Below are positions 13,089 through 27,789 of a stretch of DNA of 64,000 nt, in pieces. Source of the DNA: Takakia lepidozioides (Eukaryota > Plantae > Bryophyta); assembly GCA_030704615.1 (NCBI GenBank), contig CM060733.1, positions 76,074,001-76,138,000 on the forward strand. The letters are read 5' to 3'. How positions within the stretch are numbered: the first letter of the stretch is position 1; each line of letters begins with the position of its first letter. The notes under the pieces are model-generated. The model saw nothing but the letters and a program-made list of their open reading frames with translations, searched no databases and was not told the DNA's origin. Made by a program: the position numbers and the translations under genes.

Positions 13089-16000
13089 TCAACTTAGCCA
13101 TGACGCAGGTAGATTGTTCGGATCAGAATTGGCTTCTGCAGCACACGACACCTTAATTTGCAAATGCTCATGCTACAAGTTGGCTCTACAGGGCTAGCCG
13201 CACGCGTACCAGTACAGTAGACGAAATTTTGGGGGCCAAAACGAATAATACGAGAACAGGCTGGAAAGCACAGGCCATCCAGAACTTCTTGAATCATAAA
13301 TTTATAAATTCAATGCTCCTCCTCTTGACAACGTGCTAAAGCCGTCGAGCTTTGAAATATATACGTGAATAAAGCGAGTACATATTGTGCATGCTCTGAT
13401 GATCAGTAAGCTACTGGAGCGTTCCAATTCCTGCCCGTCATAACCGTCAGGTCCTTTTTTCAAGCATCCCACTACCAGTATGGCTAGGCACTGTTTTGAA
13501 ATACTAAAACCCGATCTTCTTAAAAGATCCATGTGCAAAGGTGGAGTTTGAACAGGACGACAGAACTTTCGAAACTCAAAGCCTGTACTAATCCAACCAA
13601 ATTCTGATCTTATCTACTATCAGACCCGGATATATATACTGGAATTGGGTAAGACCTAGGGCAGAAGTACCAATTCGACAAGTTAATGAAATATTAATAA
13701 CTTTTTGTATTTCTAACCCTGTGAGGTCATGTAATAGCTTAATAGAACGGGCATTATATATGACATATTTCCTTACTAGTTGAAAGTTTAATGAAATCTT
13801 GTGTATTCTTCCTGATGTTTACAAGGTTCTTGGGAGAGTCAGCTTGGTCTTAGCAGGCCGTGTTTCAATCTCTGCCTGCTCAGCTACACCGTGGTGGTTC
13901 TCACAGACCAATCCGACATGCCCCATCATTTTATAGTTAGAACAATCTTCAATAGAGATCATCTACCTAAGATAAATTGAGTATTAAAAAAGGGGTAGAT
14001 GATTCATGCCTCTTTGGGTAAGTTTATTGGCCAATCGTGGTGCAGGACCTTCACTGTATCACAGGCTACAGCCTCATTCACTTCACAGTACATTTCCACA
14101 TGTGTTATGATTAGGGTATCATAAATGAGCACGATCCAAATGGATGAAACTGTGCACAGTTGAATGAACGAGGTGAGTTGGATGGATGACTGAGAATGAA
14201 TATATGAACGAGAAAGCAAGTAATCGGAGGACTGTGACGAAAAGTGGGAGCTAGTGAACGAAAGCAAACGAATGAACAGAAAATTGGACACATAACGAAT
14301 GAACGAGAAAGCTTAGATATTCATTGTACCCAGCGGTCCAAAGAGAACAGTTGGCAGCCAACTACCAACTACCAGTCTGTCCGAGTCCTGTGAACTGGCC
14401 CTCCAGCCCCTCTTCTTTGAGTGAGAGAGAGAGACACACGCACACATTGACAACAATCCAACCATCCTTTTGCGGGAGAGCTTTCAGAAACTAGGACCGT
14501 CAAATCAACTAACTTTGAGTTCTTTTTTTGACCTTTTACTCCTCACCTTTCCCTCCTCTCCTTTTCCCATGTTGCCCCATCTCTCTTTTTCCCTCTATCA
14601 ACAAACCATTATCCTTGAATTGACTTTAGATAATCAGTTGTTTTTAAAATATTGTATCACGTGTCTTTTTGTTTCTTTTTTTCTTTACTTTTTTGTCCCT
14701 ATGACATGGGTAGTTTCTTCTCTCTTCTTGGGCTCTCTCTCTTGCTCTAATGCAGCTTCCAGGCCCTGACTTTTGAGCATTTTTACTACTATCTTACTCC
14801 CTCACAGCTGTAGTAGCTTTCATCCCATGTCTAGCCCATGTAATAGATGGGCACTTATTGTGGCCATTGAACGTCCACTAGAATGCCAACTTGAGTGGAT
14901 GATGTGAGTATTCATGAGCAGGTGTACTATTAAGTTTCATTACCAACTGCAAGGCCAAGCTTTTCTCCCGGACAATATTACAAGAAGATTTTCGAATGAC
15001 GGAGGTGTTAGTGCCAAAGGTTTACATCTCTTAGCACCTTTTGATTAACGAATACCTCAATTGTCTACACATTCAAATGTATTATGTCCTTCATGCCATG
15101 TGGACACTATAAATGATTCAATGTTCGGATAAAAAACTCCATGGCTCCTATGTTCCGTAGAGGAATATTGTTTTCCAATACCAATTTTACTAGATCTGAA
15201 AAGAAATGCTGAAGTCTAAATGCCATTAGTCACTAATAGCAATAGTTGTGCCGAGGGAATAGGTTGTCTCCGTTGGACTAGAATCAAACACATGTGAGAG
15301 TTCATGTCAAGTAAGCCCCAGATCAATGGATTGTGCCCTCAACACCATGCAAAATATGGCAAGTTGGCCCAAATCAACAGACCAAGCTCTTAGCACCTTT
15401 CGAGGTACATACTTGCGAGAAATGTGAATTTAATTTCCTTCAATTCTATTAGAAGTAGGCGATGGATCAAGATGTTATTTGTTTGTGAAGAGGGCATAAG
15501 AGTAGGGCTTACATTTTTTTGAAAGCTCACTTCAACATATGTCAGCTTCCCTTACACTAGTTGATTTCTTCATGAATTAGTTTAAAAATCTTCCACACAA
15601 GATAAACCCAGTGAGACCTTAGCTCTTTACAAAATGTTTCAAGTATTGATCACTAGAGGCACTTCTTGCTCCAATATATATGGTTAACTAAGGCCCCCCT
15701 TTCCCACACGTATTACAGGGTAGTTACAACATCATGACTCCTCATGTTTGTAGAGTGGGTTCTAATTTGTCGAAATGGGTGGGGTTTGCCAACTCGGTAT
15801 GAACTTCACTTCAATGCCCACAAGCTAAGTGGGCCTCTAGAGTATAGTAGTCAAATCTTGCTTTTACATTAAACCCATCATGAAGCTTAGAGAAGAGAAA
15901 ATAAATATTTTGACACCATGCATGTAAGGAATTAACCCAAATTAACAAGAGAATCAAATAAATATAAACAAGGGAAAACGAGAGAATGAGAAAATTCTAG

Positions 16001-16795
16001 CACTAACCATGTGGGATCTATCCAGAGATTGAGAAGGGCTTGGAAATCCAATTGAAGGACTACATGAAGTTCTTGCAAATTATGGCAACCGATGCCCGGA
16101 TCAAGAACACTGCAAATTGGGTCTCTAAAGAAACATGTGAAGGCAATGCTACCTTCTCCAGAAGGCTAGAGACAACGCCCAACCAATTCTTAGGTCAAGG
16201 ACAAGTTAACTCATTAAAAGACCAAAGAGGTTCATCTGACATGCTCGAGAGTTTGAATACCGATAGCTGTATGGATCAAAAGATCATGGGAACTCATAGA
16301 TTCTTCCACTCCAGAGCAGGAAGCGCCTTAGATGTTTCAGAGATTCTTTCAGAAGCAAGTACTTTGCAAAGACGAAAAGCTTGTCGATCCATCCATGTAT
16401 TGCCCTTAACTAATTCACATGGATCTGCTAATGGAGCGACCCAAGGGTTGAGGAGGGAGCCTACAAAATTGTATCCTCTTGGTGGAGTGCCCCGCCCATG
16501 GTCAACTGAACCTCTCTCAACAACAACTGTCACTCCTAAATCAGTTCTCTCCCTGAAAAATGGCACTGACAAAGAAAAGGTGAATCTTGTCTATTTGAAT
16601 TTGAAATATAGTTTGTTCCTCGAAACTTCAAAGGGGGAAACGGGTGAGGGATTGGCCTTTGTATACACGAAATAATAAAGAAGAAAGAAAGATAGAAAGA
16701 TCTTTGTATGTTGACGTCAACATAACTTACATTAATAAAATGGTCATCCACATAGAAACTACCAGGGAAGCTGTTTAGTTTAAAATGCCTCTCAC

Positions 16796-19700
16796 ATGTC
16801 CAAGTCCAAGGTACTTCTATTTGACATTTTGAAAACTAGTATTCTATCATTGAAGTCTTTTTTTACCTTCACAAGTGGGTTGGTTTGTAGGTACGAGTGT
16901 GCGTGCGCATGAGGCCCTTCAGAGATCATGAAAAAGTGTGCCCTCTTCGACAGGTTCTCTCTTATTATTCTTTGTCGTGGCACATTGTGGCTAAGGAAAA
17001 TACATTTGGCTCAAGGGACAACCAGTTGAACTACTATTTCAGATATCAACAAATGAACTCACTCATGGAAAATCCAGTTGTCAATTATGACTTGCATATT
17101 CTAGAACATGACTAAATCGTGTGTAAGAATTATTAGAAAAATGAAATGAAATGATACTTGACAGAGAAAGATGACTTCAGGAAAAAACAGCTAGAAACCA
17201 ACAAGCCCAAACTATAGACGTACCAATGTATGACCTGACGAATGCAACTAAGTCTTTCCACCAAGTTCTTTGAACTAAAAAAGAGAGATAATCTAGTGTC
17301 AATGCTCTACCATGTTTCTCCACAGATATTGTGCATGCAAAAGGACAAGGTGATTGTGAAAGAGTACAACCTCCACCGTAAGAAGCCATCTTCACGACAA
17401 AGAGATGGGGAGCTCCAATTTGAAGTGGACTACGTCCTAGATGATAGCTACGTACCTCGTAACAATCCACAGAGGAAGGAGTCTTCCCAAAAATGCATGT
17501 TTGAAATCTTTGGCAAACCATGTGTTGAGAATGCATTGGATCATGGCTATAATTCCACTGTAAGATTCATAAGAAGGACTCAAAGTACTGTTAATCTCTT
17601 ACCCGAGTTCATCCAGTATGAGGATATTGCAACCAACATATGGCGTTGGTTAGTATCTTGAGGGTATACTTGATTGATTGATGAATATACCAGTGTTGTG
17701 CGGGTATATCATGTACCTAGGTATACCCACAGGTATATCAAGGTATAACCATTTAACTATAACCGGACCCGACGGTTTTACTTTCCCACCATTAGAATAT
17801 AATCGGAGGATAATTACTAGATAATTACCCTTATTCTATACATAACGGGAGTGTTAGGATGTGGATATACCCTGCCCCGGAGGCAGGTAAAGGTTAGCTC
17901 AAAGGGTATATCCATGGCGGGTAAATCATTATCCCACCTTTACCCTTTGTCAGTTGGTTCGAGCCTTGCTCTAACCCTGCTATAGGTAATCCACTCAACA
18001 ACCTTACTTGGTAATTGATGGGCCCCACCGCTCTGCACCCACCGTGTATTCAAGCTTGGCCTACCCCCAATCTATTGTGGCACTTCCAAAGTAACTTGTG
18101 CTCCATCCATGTCCTCAATACAAATCTTGGTTTTTGGAGCTCGTAAAGTTGTGTTATGTAGGTATGTAGTTTATCCCTAGATAATTTTATCAATAATATT
18201 GCAAGCATTGTTGAGTATATCACTCATACATCTTGAATGTATAACTGAATGAACAATATAAATAAATCTATTTAACTCTACCCGGTATTTATTTATACCC
18301 TTCAAATTCCACCACCAGTAATATACCCTTACCCAAAGAATAAATATAATTTTGAAAATATAGTATATCTGGATCCGGAGGGTAAGACAAAATGCATTTT
18401 CTTCTTACCCAGACCTGGAGGGTATGTTTAAAACAATATACCCCCACAACCCTGGAAAATATTTAATCTAATTGCAATTCATTTGTCTCTCTCCCATCTC
18501 ACACCTTTAGTACAACTGTTGGGGACATTGACAGATACTAACGTATGGCCAACTGGGGTCGGGCAAAACGTATACAATGATGGGTGATGGTACATATGCC
18601 GGAAGAGGACTTGTGAGTTATGACTATCCTTCACAATTGTAATGAAAAGCCATCAACCCATGTGTGTTACAAGTTGTTCCCCGATGTTTGACATAAATGC
18701 ACTCATTCATATCATAGGGTCCATCCCTAAAAGGGAGCCGTAGGCACAAAATAAAATGGCTTTTAATTAAAACCTGGGCTAGTGTTTTTTTTTTCATATC
18801 TTTTGTCCAAAACTGAAGCATAATTGCTCATCGTTTCTTTGAGAGGTCATGCTCACATTTTTGTCATTTGGCTAATTGAACTCATAGTAAATAACATATG
18901 TCATAACATTGTCATAACATATAATTTCAATACTTGTAGTAAATTAAATTTTGTAGTAGTATCCTCAGCTCATCCTCAAGCTACTTTTCTAGTCCGATGA
19001 TTTTTGTCTCTTGAAGTTCATGTGAGCTTGTTGAATTTTTGCAATTACTTATGAGATTTCTGAATTGAGAAGGGGTAGACCACAGGTGCTAAGGGTGGCG
19101 TCCGAACTAATGCATCGCCTTTACGAGGATCGCAAGAATGGCATTTGCTTTTCTGTACAGGTAGCCATGTCCTCTCTCATTGATATCGCTCTCTCTCTCC
19201 ATTCCATTAGCCCCATTTTTCCTTTTATTTTCTACAGACTTCAACGAGAGTAAGGAAAGGACTAAAGAGCATTTACTTAACAAGCCATGCAATGAAACCA
19301 TAACAGGTGAGCTACCTTGAGATCTACAAAGAAAAAGTGCGCGACTTATTGGCAATTGAGAAGAAAGAGGAGCGCAGATATGACAATGTGGGGTTTATGT
19401 CCAAACAAGATGGTGGATTATCGGATGGAAGAAACTCAAACTTCTCCTTCAATGGAAACCCAACTGCTAAAAGAGAGTTTCTACGCGTAAGAGAGCATCC
19501 AATCACAGGTATGCTTGCACCATAAATATGTGGGCATTTGTAAGCATCCAACAAATGGCCTAGTGGGCACAAGGCTGCCTTAAAAGTAGTTGTGGGTTCA
19601 ATCCACATAGGTGTATGTTGGATGTACCCATTATGGCCAACCCAGCCATATATTGGGGGTGCACATAAAATGTGTGGATACTATGGGACTTTCAAGTCAT

Positions 19701-21157
19701 TGGGGGAGGGTTTGACAACCGCGCCGCCCCGGTTACAACCATTAGAAGGTGTCCACCTATCGAATGGAGGGCAATAACCCTACGATGCGAAGTGACACCA
19801 TGAGTTATAGTTACTTCGAAGACTCTTCTTCGTTGTGGGCATGTGGGTCTCTCATTCAGTTTTCATAGGAGAATGTGGGATGAAAATGTGTTAGGGAATC
19901 TCACAATGCCTCTTATGATCCTTACTGTCAAACTAGATGCAATGTTATTGGCCAGAATGCAGATGAAACACACTCTCTCTCTGATATGAAGGGCCTACCT
20001 ACCCTCCTGATCACTACTAGACTGAAATTTAAACTCAGCCGATGGGAAGCCTCGTACATTTGAACAATAAATAAATGCAAAGAGAGAGAAAAAAGTAATT
20101 GCTTATTGTGCCGGGCAACATGAAGACAATATCCATTTAATTTATGATACATTATCTGGGGTATTCTCACCATATAGTGACCACGCTCTTCAAACAGCAA
20201 GAGCATGGATCATGCACATTTGTTCACCAAGTTTCAAAATCTCGAGGTTAGTAGCCTAAAGCCCTGGCCATGTTGGGGTCTAAATTTTGGCCGGTTGTTC
20301 ACACCAGTGTTGGACTGGTAGACCGATAAGAAACTGGTATCAATACTAGTATGTATATTGGTATGTATATTGGTATGAAGTACCAGACCAGTCTGGTATC
20401 GCCTCATGCCACTACCTAGCATATACCCGTATTGGCTTGGTATGTGCTTCCTAATACTGTGGACGATACCCTATCAATCTGGTATCAATCTGGTATTTGA
20501 TACCAGTACCAGGCCCATTTTTGTTAGGAAAACCTAGGTATCAATATCGACGGCGCAATATGCACTATGCACGATATGGATGCAGCTTTCAATAATCAAA
20601 ATAAAAATCAGGCCGGAAGATGAAATATGTGAAGCTGGATATTTTGAGTAATAATATCAATGAGAAGCATGCTTGTACACATTTATATGAGAAGTGGGAG
20701 TTTTTTCAATTCCAGACCAGTATTGATATTACCCTGGTATCGATTTCTAAAAACTCTTGCTATTGATACCTGTAAAACACCACACTAATCATGTATTATT
20801 GATACTGGTACCATGGTATCAAAATCTTAGATTTTTGGCCAATACCAGTACCTCCTTGGTATCACAATTGGCCGGAGGTCTATATACCAGTACTAGTCTG
20901 GTGTGTTCAAAATATGATACCAGTCCAACACTGGTTCACACACAACATATATAATGTTGCATGTGTAAGGGCTCAGTTCTAGAGGATATATGGAAATCCT
21001 GAACAATTCTTTATATCAAGGTAAGTCACACTACTGGAATGACTATGAGCTCTTTCAAAGTTAATATCTATTCCATATGTTTCCAAAGTCCAAGCTAGGC
21101 TTGGGTTCTATGGCCACACGTTTAGGGCAAACAAAGTGTTATGAGTACACACACACA

Positions 21158-21222
<65 letters not shown>

Positions 21223-24200
21223 GTGCCGATAAGTGTGTGGCAAGCAAAGTCTCATGAGTATAGTTCATGTGTTTGTTTCTCAACAGGGCCCTATGTAGAA
21301 GGTTTGACATGGAAGGAAGTGAGTACCTGGGTAGAGATGGATAAGTTGGTGAAGCAAGGGGCGACCAATAGAACAATCAGCCCTACCATTACCCATCAAT
21401 CAAGCCGTGGTCACACCCTCTTCACAATCAAACTCATCAGGGCATGTCTCATTCTTTCGTGTCATTGTTTTTTAAGAAAACCTACCTTAATGTGTCCGTT
21501 TGACAACACCATGATAGCAATTATGCTGAGCTGATCAATATAATCTATTTCATTTGCATATTATAGTATCAAATGTGGTTGTTGATCAAATGATCAAGAT
21601 TGTCGTTGGAATGCATTGTAATGTCAGTACTCAAACATTAATACTGGTTTTATTAAGACAATTGCCATTACAGAATCGCAGGTTTAAAAACAAGAGGCAT
21701 TTTAACAAATCAGTGTTGGTCTTCCCAATGGAAGTGTTTATGTTTATGTGTAAAGAATGGTATAATATTGTATGGGCAGGGGCACTTGAGCAGTGAGCCA
21801 CAAGGGGGAACTAGTGTAAGCTACATCAACCTCGTGGACTTGGCAGGCATGCATTTCCTCCTAGAGTTAACATTCCAAGCAAGGCGCTGAAAACATTGAG
21901 ATAACTACATATTGCTAAACAAATAATGTCTTATTTTTAGAAGAATATTAAGCCCTCCGCTAGATCCTAGAGCATAACTTCCACTTGTTCTTTTTTCTTA
22001 ACAATTAATAAGAAAGGAGACATCTGGGAGCGATAGCTCACAAATTAGGGCCCTTAATTATAGTCAGAGGAGAAAATAACCTCTTTCACAGTAACCTTGC
22101 CGTGAAGGCTTCCGTATGGAAGGGGGAGAAGAACATACCACACCCGTCAAGGAAGCAGGATTTGACCCCAGAATCATCTGGGTGGCACTCAGTGCACTAT
22201 CCAACCGAGTTGTACTGACTGTTGGTCTCTCATTTTCACTTTGGTTCGCTCCCTTATTTCTTGTTGAATTTGTTTTTGAGAAAAAGGTCGAGAGAAGCAT
22301 CCTTCCAAGGACAATATTTCATATGCCCCACATCCCACCCCTACATGCACATTCACTGTTATAGTGTTACTGTTTGTGGTGAAATGATCTACCTCAAATG
22401 GAAACATTACTGGCTACAGTAAGTAAAGTAAAAGAAACTTTGTATAACGTCCAGTGAATTCACAGAGCCTACTGCTCAACACACAGCCCATCGAGGCGCC
22501 AATAGATGGTTGCACATGTTGAAGATTGAACCCAGGCCGGTCACCCAGGTTATTCATAGGCAAGGCACAAATACCCAACCACTGGGCTATCTGCTCAAGT
22601 GCTATGAGAGCTCAGTTGACAATGGATTACACTTAGTCATCTTGGGCAATGATGGATTATATTGATCATGGGCATATGTCTTTAAGGGCAAATGACATAT
22701 GAGAAGCAAAGATGGTATATTGATTCTCGCAAGTATAATCTCTCTCTTTGTGGATTAGATAAAAACGTGTTCTTCTCTCTCTAGAAAATCCAAACCACCT
22801 GTATGTGAGCATAAATATATGTTTGATAAAAACTCGATTTGTTGGGTGGGATTCATATATTAGGACAGGCAGCGAGAAGCTTGCAAGTGTGAAAAAATTA
22901 TCGGCCGAAAGGACTTACGAATCCAAATATATCAACCGCTCTCTTTCTCAGCTTAATGATGTATGCTCACATCCTTATTGCCATTTCTATTTTAGCGTTG
23001 TCTTTCAAGGATATCATACATATATTGTGATTGTCCACTGCAAGTAACTTTCAAGAACCATAATGGGACCATAATATCGGAGAAGAAGAGTATCTATATT
23101 AATTATCTATTGTAGAACTTTGTGGGGGTGTTTTGTAGGTGATAACAAATCTCTCTAGACCAAGAAGAAACTTTGCGTCATACCGGAGCTCTGCGCTCAC
23201 ATGGCTCCTCAGAGAATCACTTGGCAGCAACAGTCGAACTTTCTTGGTAGCTAACATCTCCCCAGCAGAACAGGTACTTATTATATCATCGTTACTATTC
23301 CGTGATGAATTATGTTCAAATTAAGTTCCCCTGCAAACCTCACTACAAATAAGCTCAGATCCGTAACTGGATCTCATGAATACTATAGCCATAACATATT
23401 CAGAATGAGAGACCCTTATGCAGCTAGTTGTTCTATTATTTAATCTAGTTAGAGAGCGCGCTTCTCTTTTATATACCCTCTTAGGGCGGCGGCCCCCACC
23501 CCGTCAAGCAGTGGGGGAATTGCCCCACACATATCACCTCTAGAAACCACCACTTGAGACCTGTACTCTACTTACCCCAATTTGGCACTTGAACCATCCC
23601 GCATTTAATAGTTGTCACCTTCCTACCTATCCTTTTTCTCACCCCCTTATACAGCGGTATCTCTTCAAATCCTTGTGTAGCTTACTATATATCCCCCTTT
23701 TTTTAATTCATGGGCCATCCTCTAATGGACAGGGCCCTACAAACTTGGGGGGCTTATATAGCCCTAACTTAGTACCCTATGACTTTGTAAGACAAAGTGA
23801 AAATCATTTGCTTCTTTATTTATGAGTTTCTAAAAGCCGGACAAATACGAAATTAATAGTGAAAGGGGTGATTTGGATTATATTGGACAGGATTTCCAGG
23901 AAAGTGTTCACACATTGCGATGCGCAGTGAAAGCTAACCGGATCTATAGCATCCTAACAGTCCACCAAGACCCTAGGAAGCAAATTTTTCACAAAATGAA
24001 TGAAGAGATTTGTACGTTGCATTCCCTCATAGCCGAAATGACCAAGAAAAATTCAGTTGCAGTAGAAGAGTTTAGTCCAACCCGGGAAATCACCAATGAA
24101 GAAGAAGATTTCATTGACAATCTAGACCCAAAAGACCAATTTCAGGTGCATCTAAACTCTTTGAAGCATGGACTATCGTCACTCATCTAACATACAATTC

Positions 24201-24423
24201 AAAACCAGTAAAATTCGGATGTTTAATTATATGTATTCTTTTCTCTTTCTCTTTCTCTCTCCTTCTATTTCTCTCTCTCTCTCTAGTATTATACGTTATT
24301 AGACTGATCTTCTAGTACACGTTTGTTGTGTGGGTTGACAATATTTTAAATCTCTAGAATCCATTAGATCGCGTTGCTCAAAGAATTGTTCAGGCCCTGG
24401 ACGAGTTGACATACCTCTTTTAA
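16796..24423 (+). CDS. Kinesin motor protein, kinesin-3-like, ~478 aa; exons 16796-16810, 16891-16953, 17326-17559, 18535-18612, 19086-19160, 19307-19508, 21287-21441, 21780-21846, 22869-22960, 23139-23273, 23891-24145, 24358-24423 (last exon least certain)
   Basis: Phase-consistent splicing gives [16 protein letters not shown]-loop [62 protein letters not shown] and [29 protein letters not shown], then a short coiled coil. Confidence 0.9.
17691..18454. mobile_element. Non-autonomous hAT-type MITE in kinesin intron 3
   Basis: TIRs CAGTGTTGTGCGGGTATA / TATACCCCCACAACCCTG; imperfect 8-bp TSD GAATATAC / GAAAATAT. Confidence 0.7.
20305..20933. mobile_element. Non-autonomous hAT-type MITE in kinesin intron 6
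   Basis: 16-bp perfect TIR CAGTGTTGGACTGGTA / TACCAGTCCAACACTG. Perfect 8-bp TSD GTTCACAC at 20297-20304 and 20934-20941. Internal TGGTAT/ATACCA repeats. Confidence 0.92.
21147..21218. repeat. (AC)n(TC)n compound microsatellite
   Basis: Directly visible. Confidence 0.95.
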
Positions 24424-24721
24424 GCTCTCGATGTGATGACTTCAAGCTAGGGTATCAAATGATGGGGTCAGTTGAATTGCATGGCTAACACAAGATTCCC
24501 TAAGATAATGAATGTTATTTCTTAGGAGCAAGAACATCCTATTAAACATTTTAAGTCTGAAAAGAGTACAAGAGATTTTCAAGTCTCTGATATTCGTCAA
24601 GAAGAATTGACCCAGGTGGATGAAACCAATCCGAAGGGGGTTGTGTCCGAAACCATTCTGTCTGATAAAATTTTCTTGAATTTGTTTCGCTCTGTGACAT
24701 GCAGGGCAAGGACCTTAAAAA

Positions 24722-25170
24722 TGATATGAAAGGCCTACCTGCCCTCAATATTAAACTGAAGTTTAAGCTCAGGAAGCCTACGTCCTTTGAACAAAAAACA
24801 CATGTAGAGGAGATAAAAAGATTGTATTTGCACAGTGTGTGGGCAATATGAAGACAATATCCATTTTCGGATACATTGTCATGGATATTCTCACCAAAGA
24901 ATGAATCTCCTCTTAAGATCATCAGGAATATTGCTCCTACCCCCTCTGTTCATCAATTTTCAAAATCTTGAGGCTAAGCGTAAGACTTTGGCCGTAGTGG
25001 GGTCTAGAGGATATCTCGAAAGCTCGAACTAATTGTTTATATAAAGATAAGCCACACCACCAAAGTGAGCCCCTCACAAAGGTAATGCCTATTCCCTACG
25101 TTTTCGTCGAAACTGGGCGTGGGGTCTATAGCCACAAGCTAGGCTATGACAAACAAAATCTTATGAGTAT
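24722..25170 (+). repeat. Dispersed ~450-bp repeat, second copy of 19983-21148 (that copy is interrupted by the hAT MITE)
   Basis: Shared colinear blocks TGATATGAA.GGCCTACCT, ATGAAGACAATATCCATTT, TCTAGAGGATAT and CTATxGCCACA. Confidence 0.75.
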
Positions 25171-26674
25171 ATCCCTCTCAAAAATAGAATGATTAGTAAT
25201 GGGGTATTTTTTCCCAAAAAAATAGCGTAACCTCTCACATGTGTGGAGACCTTGGAGACTAATTAAATCCCTGAATTTTAGTTGAGATATTTGAATACAC
25301 AACTATTTGATGTACCAACTAATTTCCCAGACCGATAAAATATTTTTAAACTAATTAGATTAAGTAAATATATTTTAAAAGTAGAACCTCAACCTAACCG
25401 GGATCCAGTGGTTTTTGTCGGAAACTAACCGGTAAACGGAACCGCCCCCATGTTTAAAAGTTGGATCTGCAACCAGATCGAAACTGGCTCAATAAAAAAA
25501 CCGGAACCGTCTCTTGAAATAACTGCGGACTCGAAACCAAACCTTGGTTCCTTAACAAATGCAAGAACCGCCCAACACTAGTGGCAGGTGATGACCAGCT
25601 ACGCGTGTGTGGGTTTGCCCTACAAGCCCACCTGCTGTTATGAAGAAAGCCATCTGGTGGCAGTGCAAGGTGGCAGGTGATTAGTCATTTTGCGCGCAAA
25701 TGGCTTTAGTTTTTTCTCTTTCCTTCGCTTCCCTGTAGCTCAACAACGACCTTTGTTTGGCATACCTTTGGAAGCTCATTCCGTGCATGATGGGCAATTC
25801 CCCCAGCTGTACTTGGTTTACTACAGGGAAGCGCTACTGTTCATTTGATATGGCAATAATCTGTAATTTTGCGTGTTTACTCATCCCTGCTTTCATAGTT
25901 TTGGATTATGTGTGTTGTGTTGTTAGGCACGAATACTGTTACTGTGATGTGCCCATGTGTCTTCACCTACCCTGCAACATTGCAGTAATTGTCGTAGACA
26001 ATGCATGTACATAATGATCCGGTGGTCGTGTTCAATCCAGTGTTTAATTTTGCTTGATTTCAAGCTTGGGATTTTGGGTTCATAAGTTTGGGCGCAGGTT
26101 TCATGGCTCCCAAACACAAGGTCCTTGATGCACTTGAGCCACCACCTCCTCCGCTACAACATATGAATGTCGTGCATATCATTTTAACTTGGGCTTTGGA
26201 GCAACAACATTGCACAGAGGGTCAATTGGCAGAGATTCTTGATTGCTTAGTGTACATTGCTTGTTGAGTTTGCCTCTGCCTCTTCGTGCCAACGCTGGCC
26301 AAAGTATCCTCAAGCTCATAACTTCCAATTTCTATTTAGGAAACATGTTGATCCAATTGTACGTTGGAAAGAGAGGAGGGAAGAGGGTAATCCAAAGGGG
26401 TTTTCTGATGGTTGTCAATTTTGTTTTGAGGGAATAGTTGTGGTCGGATGGCAACTCTCAAGCAATTGAGAGACTTAGCTCGAACCAAGCGGTCTCGGGT
26501 CGTGAGTGTGACTTCGCCTCCTCCTCGGGCAACTGTGCGTCACAAAGCCAACCCGATTCGAGCTGATGTTGCTCCGCCTTCTCCTACTGCACACCCCCCA
26601 CGGTCTCTGCATACGATCTTGGCCAATGCAGCCAATGTAAATTCAACGAATTCACGTTTTTATACTCTTAAGAG

Positions 26675-26930
26675 AGAGGGGAGAGAGGAGAGATTGCGCT
26701 GCGTTGCCAGACTGAATTGGAGGAGGAGAAGAAGGAACAAGTAGAGCGAGAGTGCCGGTTAAAGGGGCAGGCACAAAGAATTGAGAATCTCAGTACAATG
26801 GTTATTAACTCTGTTGTGGATGACCTTTGTTTTTTACTTCAAATATGTGCTTATTCATGTGAGAGCTTGTCATTTCTTTATTCCCAGCTTGCACCGGGCG
26901 CAACCAGGAAATTGAAACTAAAGAATATTT
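26675..26930 (+). pseudogene. Captured fragment of a kinesin-7/CENP-E-like coiled-coil exon (copy 1)
   Basis: EIAL..ELEEEKKEQVERECRLKGQAQRIENLSTMVINSVVDD; near-identical copy at 27790-28047. Confidence 0.5.
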
Positions 26931-27006
26931 TTTCTTGAATGGGAAATCGGCGAGAGAGACGAAGAGACCCAATGAAATGAAAAGAAAAAAAAAATAAAAA
27001 TAAAAA

Positions 27007-27585
27007 CAGTGTTGGACTCGTATCGTATTTTGAACACACCGGGCTGGTACTGGTATATAGGCCTCCGGCCAATTGTGATACCAGGGAGGTACTGGTATTG
27101 TTATAAAATCTAAGATTTGGATGCCATGGTGGTATCACTAATACATGATTGGTGACGTGTTTTACGGGTATCAATAGCAAGAGTATATAGAAACCGATAC
27201 CATGGCATTATCAATACTGGTATCAAACAAACTCACGATGTGTTAATATTGAAATGCCCACTTCTCATATAAATATGTACAAGCATTCTTCTCATTGGAT
27301 TTATTCCTCAAAGTCTCTAGCTTCACGTATTTCATCTTTAGTTGCATCTAAGAGCTCATGGATTCAAGACTGAAAAAAGTCTGTTAGGTTCATATCAACA
27401 AAAGAATTGCAGCCACTACGAATATCTACGGCCGTCGATATTGATACCTAGGTTTTCTTCACAAACTGGATCTGGTACTGGTATTAGATACCAGATTTTT
27501 AACCACCTACCAGACTGGTAGGATATCGTCCACAGTATTAGGAAGCAGATACCAGGCCAATACGGGTATATGCTAGGTAGTGGCC
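27007..27585. mobile_element. Second, inverted and one-end-truncated copy of the 20305-20933 hAT MITE
   Basis: Begins CAGTGTTGGACTCGTATCG. Its reverse complement is colinear with about 20410-20933, and ORF 26878-27180 mirrors ORF 20757-20954. Confidence 0.85.
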
Positions 27586-27789
27586 TGAGGTGGATACCAT
27601 TCATGATTAACTCTATGATTGGAAACTGTGTTGTAGTCTGGAGTGCGCTCTTCGAGGTCCTTGTCTCCTCTGCAAGGTGCAGCCTCATTACAACGATGCC
27701 ACACACAATTCAGAGGCCTGGACTGACAACGAGCGGCAAATTTTGAATGATGAGACGAGAGGCCGATTGCCCATTTGGGTTTTGGGAGA

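Noticed and set aside
16040-16675. 211-aa ORF upstream of the kinesin
   Set aside because: Non-ATG start, no recognisable motif, and it is not needed for the kinesin model; left uncalled.
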